A stretch of 64,000 bases of DNA from Curvularia clavata (GCA_023920165.1 CP089274.1:2480001-2544000), one strand, 5' to 3'. Shown: positions 10,993-23,476, counted from the stretch's first letter. Made by a program: numbers and translations. Notes: generated by a model not told the origin, from the sequence alone.

Positions 10993-12630
10993 ATGTCCTC
11001 CAACGACCATCCAGGCGCTTCTGAAGAAGAAGCTCGGATCTGGGCCATGCTCGAGGCTGTCAACCGCATTCTGGTCAGCCCGGAATTTCTTTCCCAGTTG
11101 TCGGCATCACGTCTGCCCTCTGCTGCGGTTAGCGAGGCGTCGACGGCCAGCCCCACCCATCGAGGAGCACGGTTCCCTCGTCCCCCACCCGACGCCGACC
11201 AGTCTACCTTCGACGATGAGCTTGAGCACGTGGACTTGATCGCTCCCTTGATCCAAGAGCCCTGTGCCGACGGCAGCGCAGGTACTATCAACCACCAAGT
11301 AGTCCGTCACCTCGAGACCAACTTTGTCGGTGCGCGTCAAACCTACAAGGCTATGACCGACCGCATGTTTCAGACCTTCACCCATGGCCACCAGGATCTG
11401 GTCCTCGCAGTCGACTTCAACTACTTCGGCACGCGCATGGTCACTGCGAGCTCTGACCACCGCCTCAAGGTCTGGGACAAGAAGGACGACACTTGGCTGC
11501 TGGTCGAGAGCTGGAAGGCCCACGATGCCGAGATTGTCGATGTAAGTCGTCTTATCGTCAGCTGCAAGCCCCATTTCGCTTGCTGCGCGCCATTTGCCAC
11601 CTCTGCAACCTGTCGCTAACATAATGCTAGGCCAAGTGGAATGGCCCCTTCATGGGCGAGGTCATTGGCAGCATCGGAGAAGACGGTCGCTGCAAGCTCT
11701 GGCAGGAAGATGTTACTGAAGTCGCTTTGTCTGGCAACCGCTTCAAGCTGCTCTACAACCTTGCCTCGTTGACCAACGCTCCGTTCATGTCTCTTGACTT
11801 CAAGAACATCATGCAGGAGACTTGGCTTGCACTCATCACTCGCGATGGCTATCTTACTGTCTACGAGCCCCAGGACCAGAGCAACCTCCACGAGTGGACC
11901 ATCTTGGCTGAGCGCTGGGTCTCTGAGAACAACCCTCCTGAACGCCAGGAAGAGGTAGGCTTCAAGGTCGTCTTCCACAAGGAGAAGCTCCCTTGCTGGA
12001 CCGCCATTACTGCAGGTCTGGACCGCAAGTCCCTCTCCCTCGCCGTTGCTGCCATGAAGGACGTTCTGGTCTTCCGCACTGACAAGGCGAAGCGTTTCTT
12101 TCAAGTCGCGAAGCTCACCGGTGCGCGCCAGGTCATTCGTGATCTGGCCTGGGCTAACGGCTCCATGCGTGGTTACGATGTCTTAGCCACTGCTAGCAAG
12201 GATGGTGTCATCCGCATCTACGAGCTCACTACCACCACGGCAGAGAACACGTCTGGAGCTTCCTCGTCATCCCTCACGCCACGTCCCGGCCACAGGCTCA
12301 CCACGCAGTCTGGTATCGGTGCCGGTCTGGCTGGAGCTTCCAACGCCCCTGCCATGGGTCTCGAGAACGAGCAGCATCCCGGTCGCATTACCCAAGAAGC
12401 TTCTCTCAAGGACGAGCTGACCGCCCATCATGGCGCTGTCTGGCGTGTCGCGTTCTCCCAGATGGGTACGTATTGTTTGCTCTTGCTCTTATGACTCGAC
12501 AGTGCTAACAAAAGTATCAGGTGATTTGCTCGTTACCACTGGTGACGATGCTAGCATCCGCACCTGGAAGCAGGCTGCCAACGGTCACTGGATGGAGTAC
12601 GCTCAGATTGAGACTGCTCAGGACAACTAG
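10993..12630 (+). CDS. SEH1: WD40 nucleoporin/SEACAT subunit Seh1 (start 10993 or 11353)
   Basis: GHQDLVLAVDFNYFGTRMVTASSDHRLKVWD, WKAHDAEI, WANGSMRGYDVLATASKDG, H.GAVWRVAFSQMGDLLVTTGDD. Two GT-AG introns. Confidence 0.9.
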
Positions 12631-13305
12631 CCACCTTCCGCTGCAACCACTATTCACGGCACTCCATACGCTACCGCGATATTCGCATGGCATGACCTGG
12701 AGCATTCAAATGGCATTCACGGCGTTATCGGTTAGACAATCTGGCCCGGCATAATCAATCGGCTCACATCCTTTTGCCAGCCGCGACCCATATTAACATA
12801 CTTATTCGACGATACAGCTCCGAAAAGGAGATTCACTTCTCCATAGTAGGATACCATTCGTCATATTTCGACACACACCAGGGGCCGAGCATCATGACGA
12901 CTGCATCACTCGATTGCATAATCGTCTCTTCTCATCGGTCATCTGACTACATACGTGGACGGATTCACTACCCCGGTTCATGTTTTTTTTTCCTTTTATT
13001 TAATGATACCCCACGGCTCTTCAGCCATATCTGGTGGGAACCACGACTGCTTCAGGGACTACTCTCATGTACCTTAGGACAAAAAAAAATTCACGGATTC
13101 ATAGAATACATGGACACTTACGTGACCTACTCATGTACTCTATCGCTGACTCATATTCTAGGTGTACTAACGCTAGCCCCGTTCCTCGTCAGCCCCACTA
13201 AGCAGATTCGGTACTGATCGAACTAATCGCAGTTTATTGGCGATATAAACGTTACTGCCGCAGATTTCCCCATCAAAGAATACAAGCCCAGTTCATTCTG
13301 GATTC

Positions 13306-13391
13306 CTCCGCTTGGTGTAGTTGGTTTATCACGTTCGACTGTAATAGCAATTGTAATCGAAAGGTCCCTAGTTCGATTCTGGGAGCGGAGA
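13306..13391 (+). tRNA. tRNA-Tyr (GUA) with 11-nt intron (13345-13355)
   Basis: Acceptor stem CTCCGCT/AGCGGAG plus discriminator A, D arm GTG..CAC with TGG, anticodon stem TTCGA/TCGAA with CT-GTA-A loop, T arm CCTAG-TTCGATT-CTGGG, downstream T-run Pol III terminator. Confidence 0.96.
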
Positions 13392-13995
13392 ACAGCTACT
13401 TTCTTTTTTGATGATGCTATCTCAGATTGCATAGCCGAAAGGATCTCTTTTTTTTGCTAGCGGAGTGGTTAGAAGGGAAATAGTGGGGAAGGAGGGGCTT
13501 GCAGAATTGCCGAGACTTCGGAATGCACGCAGCACGGTTTAGTGCTAGACGAATTGGATCCAGGAAGAGGGAATTAGCAACGTGGCCTGATCAAGAGGTG
13601 GTTCTAACAATGTATTTTTGCAAAGGTCATCTCGAGGTCGGTCGCTCTAGAATCCACCCTATTTGCGGAGGATATCTACTCTTCAATCTTCACTTCTTTC
13701 CATCCAATCAGGCTTCGTGGCGCAATGGTAGCGCGTCAGATTCCAGTACTCACATCTGGAGATTCCTGAAGGTTAGGCGTTCAAATCGCCTCGAGGTCAC
13801 ATACCTGGTTTCCATTCTTTTTGCCAATTTTTCAGACGGATTCTCTAGTCTTTTTTACGCTCTTGTGGGTCTTGCAGGTGTGGCTCCGAGTCCAGGTTGG
13901 GTCGGATGTTGTAAGGAGGGGCGACTCCACCATGAGCCGAGGGGTCTGGACCGGCTTTTTTTGATTGAGTTGATTTGGTTCTATCCAATCTGGTA

Positions 13996-15058
13996 CTATG
14001 CAAATGAACCGAAAACAACTGCCTTGCCTGATGAATTGTCGTCCTGCAACATTGACTTTTCGAGCATGAGAAGGAGATGGGATGTGCGGATGAAGAGCTC
14101 TGCATGCTGTTAGTGGCTAAGTTGATGTAACGAGCCGTGAGATGACTTGCCGTCGTATTCAATCTCGTATGTGACAGGCAAGTCTTCATCTGCGCTGATG
14201 AGGATGGGGGCGTTTCGGCGGAACTTCTTCTCTCGCGCATTGAGGCGTATCCCGCTGTCTTTCCTTGGTGTCACCCACAGGATGTGCGGATCTTCAAGAC
14301 TTGACTTTTCTTCGACCATTTCTCTTACAACCTCTTTACCTTTACCCACTTCTTCCACAATACCCTCCGGTGCTGCTCTTTCGGCTGCTGTGCAATTAGC
14401 TGAAACGTCTTTGAGCCACTGTCGCCACACTCTGAGTACACCCTCTTCGATTTCAACAAAATTCGTGAAAAGGTTGCGAGATCCGATCTTGACGAGATTC
14501 GTTTGTGCAATCAACTGCGTAAACAATTCATGGGCTTCCAAGCTCAGCGTCTGCTTGACTGTTTCGCCCTGGTACCGATCCTGTACTGTTCCTGGAAAGG
14601 TGCGACTACCAGGAACGTCTCCCGGCCGTGGCTTCACCCTTCTCCCACCAGCCTCTAAGTCGCGTCGGTGGGGACGATAACGAGAGTACATGTTGTACAT
14701 CTCGCCCAGCCTGCCCACGTTCTTCTCACTTGGATCAATTTCGTTATATCGTGTCAAGCCATCGGTACCTCGATACGTGCAGAAATAGGGAGGCTCGGTA
14801 AGTTTCGCAGACGGATGGAAGCATTCGAGTAGTACAGAATGCGAGTGGAGCTCTGCTGCCGCAATGAGTCGATTATGAAGGATGCGCACAATGAGCGAGT
14901 ATATGCGACGCGAAACCGAAGTCAAAGGGAGAAGTTCTATCGTTAACATCGGTGTAAAGATGTGAAGGAGTAGCTGCATTTATCAGTTAGCATGAGATGC
15001 AATGGCAGGGTAAGAGGCATACCTCATTGGGGAGCCCATAGAGATAGCATTCATCCAT
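13996..15058 (-). CDS. F-box domain protein (fungal-specific type)
   Basis: Spliced N-terminus MDECYLYGLPNE|LLLHIF..LLPLTSVSRR matches the F-box LP.E.L..I pattern. Last exon ELFIRTSHLLL..GKAVVFGSFA* follows GC-AG intron 14150-14100. Confidence 0.8.
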
Positions 15059-15363
15059 GACTAAAGGCAATCTTCCAAAAACAGCTGCTCGAAACTCTGA
15101 TAAATTCAAGTGCAAAGTTATAAACGTCAAGAATGGACGAGCGGAACTGATAAACGCTACACGGAGATAAACATCGTCATCGCCTTTGCTAAACCCAATC
15201 CGGGGAAATGGGCGTTACCAGAACGGGTTAGGTCTCATCCGAGACGCGCTTTCCAGTTCGATGTCGGACGCTCACCTTTGAACACTCGATTCAAGACACG
15301 AAGGCCAGACTACTCTGCAAATATCTAGAGTGAGCAGAAGACGCAGCTCCTCCTCTAATCATC

Positions 15364-16992
15364 ATGCAGGGCTTGCAGAATTTTGTCAGCCGCAAGCATA
15401 CAAACAGCCCGCACAATGCCCTAGACGGTGACCAACCAGCACCCAAGACTGACCGACAGACCGTTGGCGCCAATGCGAGAGTATCAATCAAGAATGGACT
15501 CCCGTCGCAACGGCGCACACCCATACCTGGAGCTCTAGGACGCGGGTCTGCCAATGCTCAGAACAGCTCGGCTGTCTTGCAGAATCCTCCCCGACGCGTT
15601 CAGTCGGCTCAAGGCCACACTGTAAAACGTGATCTTTACGACACTGATGCAGAAAGCCTAGACACCACCATCGACCATTCTGTTATTCAGGCACAGGAAA
15701 GCCAACAAATGGATCGGCATTATCAACAGAACGAGCAAGCTTTCGATCTTGGCAACGATGGTGGCATCGAACAAGGCCATCCAGACTCTAGTTCTTCAGA
15801 CCATGCTTTTGAAATTACGCACGATGAGGAGGAATTTCTTGAAGAGCAAGGGCTCGGAAATCTTCCTCTTGACAGAAAGATTGCATTCCTACAACACGCA
15901 CGACAGTTTGAGTTCCGAGAAATCGACGGTGATTCATACCCAACCACTACAAACGGGGAGCCTTCTGAATTGGACGGTTTGCAGGAGCCACCTTCCGATT
16001 ACCGCCACAAAGGCGGCAAGACCTCTCCTCTCCACCAGCCCCAAAACATCAAGTATGAATCAGTGCAGCCAGAAGTCCGGCAGCAGACACATTATCAGCA
16101 GAAGCTACACATGCCGGCCCCCAGGCAGAGCTTACCAAAGCCTTCACAGCTCTTTGAGCAGTCTGCGCAGCTTCGAGATCAGACACGCGCCAGTGCACCC
16201 ACTGTGCAACAAGCTAGACAGGACACCCAGCATCATCGGATCGTTCCTCAATCCAGTCAACCAACTGCTTTTAGCCAGGCCAATGCGGGTGTGGCCGTTG
16301 CTACATTGCCTGCGCACTCGAACCCCTACCCAAATGTCAAGAACGAAGCCTACGGTCAGCAATATGTTCATCACCAACACCCCGGCCCTTCACGTGTCCA
16401 ATTAAACGTTGAAGAGGTTAAGCCGATTGCTCAACCCGTACCCGTGGAGCGTCCCTTTGTAGCCCAAGCGATACCCAAACAGATAGTCTATCAACCACAG
16501 CCTGAGGAAGTTCCAACTGACGAGCCAGAGGCTATGCAAGTTGAAGACTATGACCCTGAGACTCTCTTCCAAATGAATTACGAGACCCTCAAGAATGAAA
16601 GCTTCGACATTGATCCACGTGCGAAGCGTCCAGTTCTCTCTGAGGAGGATACCAAGAAACCTCTGGCTGAGCGTCTTATTCTAGTGCAGAAGAATCTCGA
16701 CCCAGCTAAACAAGCCGAATTCTTTCATTCACTACCTACGAGTGAGTGGGAAGATGCTGGCGACTGGTTCCTTGATCAATGTCAGAATATGATCCAGCGT
16801 ATGAAGCAAGCAAGACAAAAAAAGCGTAAGCTTGCGCAAGAGTTTGAGGATGAAATGGAGAAGCGACATAAGCATGTATCGAAGAAGCATCGGCAGGTCG
16901 AGCAGGCTATGGAGAAAATGAAGGCTCAGGGTGAGAACCTAGTACCCCGGAGCCCGAGGCCTTCGAGGAGTGCTAAGCCCAAGAGGAGCTGA
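15364..16992 (+). CDS. ECM11-domain protein (Q/P-rich N-terminus, C-terminal coiled coil)
   Basis: 542-aa intronless ORF with C-terminal DYD...L..M.Y..LKNESFD.DP and FF.SL...EWEDAGDWFL, characteristic of the ECM11 domain. Confidence 0.8.
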   Translation: MQGLQNFVSRKHTNSPHNALDGDQPAPKTDRQTVGANARVSIKNGLPSQRRTPIPGALGRGSANAQNSSAVLQNPPRRVQSAQGHTVKRDLYDTDAESLDTTIDHSVIQAQESQQMDRHYQQNEQAFDLGNDGGIEQGHPDSSSSDHAFEITHDEEEFLEEQGLGNLPLDRKIAFLQHARQFEFREIDGDSYPTTTNGEPSELDGLQEPPSDYRHKGGKTSPLHQPQNIKYESVQPEVRQQTHYQQKLHMPAPRQSLPKPSQLFEQSAQLRDQTRASAPTVQQARQDTQHHRIVPQSSQPTAFSQANAGVAVATLPAHSNPYPNVKNEAYGQQYVHHQHPGPSRVQLNVEEVKPIAQPVPVERPFVAQAIPKQIVYQPQPEEVPTDEPEAMQVEDYDPETLFQMNYETLKNESFDIDPRAKRPVLSEEDTKKPLAERLILVQKNLDPAKQAEFFHSLPTSEWEDAGDWFLDQCQNMIQRMKQARQKKRKLAQEFEDEMEKRHKHVSKKHRQVEQAMEKMKAQGENLVPRSPRPSRSAKPKRS

Positions 16993-17137
16993 GAAGTGGG
17001 AGCTGCAAGCTGCAGACATGTGTTGATTCACACAAAAGTATCTCCGTTATGATCGGAGTTATATCGGGACGACCGGAAGCATTTCATGAGATGGTGCGTT
17101 GGAGGTGTTCCCAATCGTGTTTATGTATGCCATATAC

Positions 17138-17217
17138 CCATATGCTTCAGCATGAGTATCGCTGTCGTCTTTAAAAGCCATGTGCTTTAGCATGAGCATC
17201 GTTATAGTCTTTAGAGG
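17138..17217. repeat. Tandem 40-bp duplication
   Basis: 17138-17177 versus 17178-17217: 32/40 identical, 7 of 8 differences are transitions. Confidence 0.85.
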
Positions 17218-17998
17218 TTATACCATACCTTAAGTTTATAAATCTATCTACTTTAAGTCCGAGCTCTCCTAAGAGTCAGTCTTGGAAATCTAAATGGCTC
17301 CGGAGATCAAAATGTGCATTTCCGGACGAAAACCGTTTAAGCGATATCAACTGGTCTCTGCCGTGTAAAGTGTCACTTTACCACTCTGCGCTTAGCGCGA
17401 TATAGTCACGTTTGAGCTGCACAACATCAGCGACTTTGGCCGGGACATACGTCATCGCCATCGCGGCAGTGAACTCCACACTGTACATACCAAACGTATG
17501 TACTGTAGCCGTAACCCCCATGACATGCATATGAATCAGCATGCCACTCAGAAAAACACGAGCGAGAAGAGGGGATACCTCATTATGGAGAAGCGGAAGC
17601 GCATAGCGACAAAATCCCTGCTTACGAATACCGGGCTCCTATGGAAGGCTCGGATAGAGAGCGAGGAGGCGCAGTGTGTGGAGGGACGGATTAAGGATAT
17701 TGGATCCACCATCTATGGGAGGTTGCCTTACCCGGAAGATGACGGAAGCCTGAGAATGTCAGCAGTGATTTCATAGCCGTTACACTCATCCGATCCATAT
17801 GTATTCTATTCAGCCCAGAATGCGATAGACACTGGACCCAAGATTTTCATGTCGTGACCACTCTTGTCCGCAGCCCCCATTCTTTATCTCTGCATCAAGA
17901 CCATCCCTCACATCCTCAGTGCCCGGCGACACCCAATCTTGCGCTCGCTACTCCATTCACACAATCTGAACGGCACAAGACTAGACTAACACTCCACC

Positions 17999-18828
17999 AT
18001 GGCCTTTGAAATTTCCAAAAAATGGGGATCGTACCACTTGATCCCACAATCCGCAGACGTAGCCCTCAACCCACCAGAATCCTACTTCTTCATCACCGAC
18101 TTCCTAATCATCGCCTGTGGCATCCTCTACACGCTCTGCTACATGTTCTACACGATCCGGACGTACAGCGACCGCTTCGTGGCCGGCACTGTCCAGTTTC
18201 TCAGCGCGACTATGGCGTACGAGATATACTACGCATATGTTTGTACGACGACGAATTTCCAGCGGGCATGCTTTTTTGTGTGGTTCCTGTTCGACGTCAC
18301 GTTTGTGAGTGTGGCGCTGAGGTATGCGTATGCGCCGGATGAGAGGGGGCGGACGGTGGTGAAGTTACTGTGGCAGACGCCGGCTTGGATGGCGTTTTTG
18401 TGGTATGTGGGGAAGTGTTGGCCGGATGAGAGGGAGCAGAAGACGGCGTTTTTTACGGGCTTGTATCTTGAGTTGCCGATTGGATGGGGGCAGATTTGGT
18501 ATCTGGTACAGAGGCGGGATACGAAGGGGCAGTCGTTGGAGATTTGGTATGTTGATGTGGACTCTGGACTTCCTAGTGCACTCATATCTGAAGTGCTTGG
18601 ATGGATGATCAGGCTAACGGAACCAGGATCACGAGATACCTAGGATGCATCACGGCGTTTTTGGTATTCATCTGGCGTTACATCAACATACCAGAGAACT
18701 GGTCCTATGTAGGAAACTGGTGGAGCATCGGCGGGATGATTGTTACTCTGTTGCCAGAGGCGGTATATCCCTTCTTCTACGTCTGGGCCCACCGCAAAGA
18801 GAGGGAAGAGAAGGTCAAGACGATATAA
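17999..18828 (+). CDS. Pyr4/PaxB-family integral-membrane terpene cyclase-like protein
   Basis: About 250 aa with multiple TM helices. G.LY.L.Y...IRTYSDR, MAYEIYYA, WFLFDV, LVQRRDTKGQSLEIW|ITRYLG with an intron at the IW junction (18547-18626), and a C-terminal KVKTI ER-retrieval motif. Confidence 0.75.
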
Positions 18829-19593
18829 ACCCAAGGTAGGTTCAATCGCTCGGAGTTATCACAAGGTTCAGACTTATGACCCAGCGCAGGGATCTACAAA
18901 CGTTGTTTTGGTACCAAGGATTAGAGACGGGCGCAATCCTAGCAGACTCCTGAGTAACCAATCTCATGGTATCGGCATACTCGGCACCTTTGAGTCGCCT
19001 CGGAGCTTCATATCACAACATCGTGGGACGTCCAAGACGGGCGATCGGCACTCAAGCCTTTTCAGCCACGCATGTGACGGCAACGGCCAGCTGTGGCACC
19101 GACAGTGAAACCCGGTTGCTAACATGCCGTCATACCAACTGTTTCGCAACGGGATTCGGCAGGGCTCAAAGGCTCTGGGATGCCTGCGCGTTGGGCAGCG
19201 AAACGAACCAAGGGTCAATGCATGTGTATTTGAGTTTTGCAGCGCGGAAATCAAGATGGTCGGGGGTTATGCCAGATGGCTCGAGCCTATCACTTGCCAG
19301 CCGCTGCGATCTAGGCCGCCAGTAGCGTCTTTTGCACGACGGCAGCCACAACACGAAGCGCCTGGGAAACCGTGCACACGTCTTTGGCGCATATGAAATG
19401 CAGCGCTGATCTTCAGCCACACCAATAGCACACCCCCATCCCGAAAGAATAATAACTGCTAGTGACGCCGGCGATACATCATATCACGTTAGTGTGCCCA
19501 AACATCTGTTTACTTGCGACTCTTGTTCCTGTTCCCTGCAAACGTGATTGCGACGACTTCTTTGCATCACCACAACTGCGCCCATACGTCGAC

Positions 19594-21391
19594 ATGGCGT
19601 CGCAAGGTCAAGCCGCTGACTACTATGCAGGCGGCGCACCGCCCCAGCAACCTCAGAGCGCATACTACCAGGGTCAACCATATGCACAGCAACCTCCCCA
19701 GTATCAGAACTATGCGCCGCCTCAGGGACCGCCGCCTATGCAGCAGCAGAATGGATACCAGAATGGCTATGGTGACAACAAACAAGACTTTGAACAGACG
19801 TTCAAGCTCGAGAAGCCAAAGTACAACGACTGGTGGGCTGGACTGCTCTTCATTGCCGTGTTCCTGGGATACGTCGCTGTGAGCGCGATTTCAATTCGAG
19901 GATATGGTCAGTATTGCATCCCATGTAATGCGCAAAGTAATTTCTCATACTCGACACAGCGCGAACCAACAGCGGAGGCATCTACGGCAACGACACCAAC
20001 AACTTCGCCCTCAACTCGAACACGATTATCCTCTTCGCATTCGTGCTCGGCATGGCGACCGTCTTCAGCTACGCATATATCTGGGCTGCGCGCAAGTTCA
20101 CCAAACAGTTTATCTGGATCACGGGCATCCTCAACATCGTCTTTGGCTTCGTGACGGCCATCTACATGCTTTCCAGGCGGTACTGGTCTGGAGGCATCGT
20201 CTTCTTGATCTTCAGCATCTTCTACGTCTTCTGCTTCATCAGCTGGATTCCCAGAATACCGTTTAGCGTTCTCATGCTACAGACTGTGATTGATGTGTCG
20301 AAGAAGTACGGTCACACCTATCTGGTCTCTCTCGGCGGAGGAATCCTAGCTGCCGCGCTCGGTGCTTGGTACTCGGTCACGCTGGTCTCGATCTATGTCC
20401 AGTATACGCCGAATGGGGCCAATTCGAATTGCAGGAATGGTGTGGGCGATTGCGGCAATGGCAAAGTCATTGGCCTACTCGTTTTCGTCACGTTCGCCAT
20501 GTACTGGATCTCAGAGTGAGTAGTCATGACCCAACGCTAGAATGCCTCTTTCGCTAACACCAGGATAGGTGGCTCAAGAACACGATCCACGTAACCATTT
20601 CTGGAGTATACGGCTCGTGGTTTTTCGCGCCCAATGCCATGCCCAAGGGCGCTACTCGCGGCGCATTCAAGCGCGCCATGACATACAGCTTTGGCAGTAT
20701 CAGTCTTGGCAGCTTGCTCGTGGCCATTATCCAATTCCTGCGCCAGATCTGCTCGGCCGCTCAGCAAAACGCATCAAGCGACGGCAACCTGGTCGGCACG
20801 ATCTTGTTTTGCGTGCTCGGTTGTATCATCTCGATTCTGAACTGGGCCGTCGAGTTCCTGAACAGATATGCGTTCAGCTATATCGCGCTCTACGGAAAGA
20901 GCTACATTGCGGCTGCGAAGGATACCTGGAAGTAAGTGCTTGGAAGCGCTAATATCAGCAAGCAGCAAAGCTGACTTTCCTAGGATGATCAAGGATCGCG
21001 GTATCGATGCACTCGTCAACGAATGCCTGATTGGACCTGTGCTTTCCATGGGCGCCACCTTCATCGCTTATGCGTGCGCGTTGCTAGCCTACCTCTATCT
21101 CATCTTCACATCGCCAGCATATAACGCAGACGGTGGCTACACTCCGGTCGTGGTGGCGTTTGCGTTTGTGATTGGGCTGCAAATCTGTAAGTTGCTGAAG
21201 GTGGATTCTTCACAGGGCACCTGCTAAGTCGCATACCAGGCAAAATCTTCACGACGCCGCTCAGCAGCGGCATTGACACAATCTTTGTCGCCATGGCGTG
21301 GGACCCCGACGTCCTTATGCGCGAGCACCCGGATCTCTACCACCGCATGGTGGCCGTGTATCCACATGTGCAGCAAGCCATCCACGCCTAG
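19594..21391 (+). CDS. PNS1: Choline-transporter-like membrane protein Pns1
   Basis: P/Q-rich N-terminus, FEQTFKLEKPKYNDWWAGLLF, RIPFS, RAMTYSFGSISLGSL, NRYAFSYIALYGKSYI, DRGIDALVNECL. Four introns. Confidence 0.92.
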
Positions 21392-22303
21392 GTCGGAGGT
21401 GTATATGCACAGACGCTGCACCTTTCGTCACCATCGGACGTGTAGAGTCACGCGATACCCACTTGCATCGATCACGATTCTTTTGCTGCGCAGTTTTCAC
21501 GATGGTCGTTACATGGCGGGGCACCCCTGGTGAGCAGCGTGGCCCAACGGGGCTAGCGCGGGCTAGCAAGCGGGAGAGCGAACCGATTGCTCCACCTCGA
21601 CTCGATGACGTATGACGTCTTTGTGCGTGGTTCACATGCACTCCAGAAGATGGCATCGAGGCGGAGCGCTTTGTTGAGTATTGCACGACGGCGCGCGGCG
21701 TCCACGGCCGAGAAGAGACACATCTTGGGTAGCAGTGCGAGGCGGCTCTCCGGAAGCATGTTTGTATTGGGCTGAGGTATTAATCTAATGACTTTTTTCT
21801 TCGCCTGGTGAGCCGACACACATCCAATGGCCAGTCGGCCTAGCAACACGTCAATTCCATACGCGTCGGCGGCTGCTCTTCCACACGTCGCGTTTGTCCC
21901 TGCCGCCATAAGCCAGCTAGCGGCCCAATCGGGTGTGCATAGCTGGGATACCGCCTTGCGGGGTCTTTTGCAGCCCCTCCCAACATAAACACCCACTCGT
22001 TCGCCTGTGATTCTCTCTCTCATCCAGGTAATACTGCACCTCGAAGCTCTTGCACACCGCCCAGCCACCGAATCTTCTGGCCAAGTAAGTTTCCCATGAA
22101 TTGCTGCATGCAGTGCCCTCTCTTTGCTGCGCCCTTGCCCGCTCTTACTACAAATACCCCACCAAACGCGCTTTCCTCCCTCACCCAACCTATAAACAAA
22201 GCCCCTCACTCAGCTCCTCCGCCTCACTACCTCTCTCTTGCACTCCTCACTTCAAGCCTGAACAGACTCAATTGACACTCCTCCTCAGCAAAACACATCC
22301 ACC

Positions 22304-23476
22304 ATGTCCTACGAGAAGAAGGCAGTCCACTTTGGCGGTGGTAACATCGGCCGTGGCTTCGTTGCCGAGTTCCTCCACAACTCAGGCTACGAGGTCGTCT
22401 TCGTCGATGTCATGGACTCCATCATCGAATCCCTTCAGAAGACACCCTCGTACACCGTCACCGAGATTGGCGAGGATGGCGAGCGCAAGTTCACCATTGA
22501 CCACTACCGTGCCATCAACTCCAAGTACGAGATGGACAAGGTCATTGACGAGATTGCCACTGCCGACGTTGTCACCTGCGCTGTCGGTCCCAACATCCTC
22601 AAGTTTGTTGCTGAGCCCGTTGCCAAGGCTATCGAGAAGCGCACACTTGACTACCCCCTTGCCGTCATTGCCTGTGAGAATGCCATCAACGCCACCGACA
22701 CATGGCGGGGCTTCATCGAGGGCAAGCTGAGCGACGATGCTAAGAAGAACATCGACTCCAAGGCTCGCTTCGCCAATTCAGCTATTGACCGCATTGTCCC
22801 ACAGCAGCCCGAGAACGCTGGTCTCAATGTTGTCATCGAGAAGTTCCACGAGTGGTGCGTCGAGCAGAAGCCATTTGAGAACGGCGGCAAGAAGCCGGAT
22901 GTTAAGGGCATCCACTACGTCGACAACCTCGAGCCATACATTGAGCGCAAGCTCTTCACCGTCAACACATCACATGCTACTGCTGCCTACTACGGACACC
23001 AGAACAAGAAGACTTACATTCACGAGGTTCTGCACGACCAGAAGTTGCATGACATCGTGCGCGACGCTGTTAGGGAGACCGCCCACTTGATCATCAACAA
23101 GCACGGTGTCAACGCCTCTGAGCAAAACGACTACGTCGAACAGATCATCAAGCGCATCTCCAACCCCGTTCTCAAGGACAATGTCGAGCGTGTCGGTCGT
23201 GCTCCTCTTCGCAAGCTCTCGCGCAAGGAGCGATTCATCGGCCCCGCCGCTCAGCTAGCCGAGAAGAACGAGAAGGTCGATGCTCTCCTCGGCGCCGTCG
23301 AGCAGGCTTACCGCTTCCAGAACGTCGAGGGCGACGAGGAGTCGGCTGAGCTTGCCAAGATCCTCAAGGAGAACTCTCCCGAGGACGTTGTCACCAAGGT
23401 CAACGGCATCAACAAGGGCGAGCCTCTCTTTGACCGTCTTGTCGAGATTGTCAAGAGGGTACAGAGTAGCAGCTGA
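22304..23476 (+). CDS. mpdA: Mannitol-1-phosphate 5-dehydrogenase
   Basis: [66 protein letters not shown]. Intronless, strong codon bias, TATAAA at 22191. Confidence 0.97.
   Translation: MSYEKKAVHFGGGNIGRGFVAEFLHNSGYEVVFVDVMDSIIESLQKTPSYTVTEIGEDGERKFTIDHYRAINSKYEMDKVIDEIATADVVTCAVGPNILKFVAEPVAKAIEKRTLDYPLAVIACENAINATDTWRGFIEGKLSDDAKKNIDSKARFANSAIDRIVPQQPENAGLNVVIEKFHEWCVEQKPFENGGKKPDVKGIHYVDNLEPYIERKLFTVNTSHATAAYYGHQNKKTYIHEVLHDQKLHDIVRDAVRETAHLIINKHGVNASEQNDYVEQIIKRISNPVLKDNVERVGRAPLRKLSRKERFIGPAAQLAEKNEKVDALLGAVEQAYRFQNVEGDEESAELAKILKENSPEDVVTKVNGINKGEPLFDRLVEIVKRVQSSS

Noticed and set aside
13499..14113. 204-aa plus-strand ORF
   Set aside because: Non-ATG start, overlaps the F-box last exon and 3' UTR in antisense, no recognisable domain
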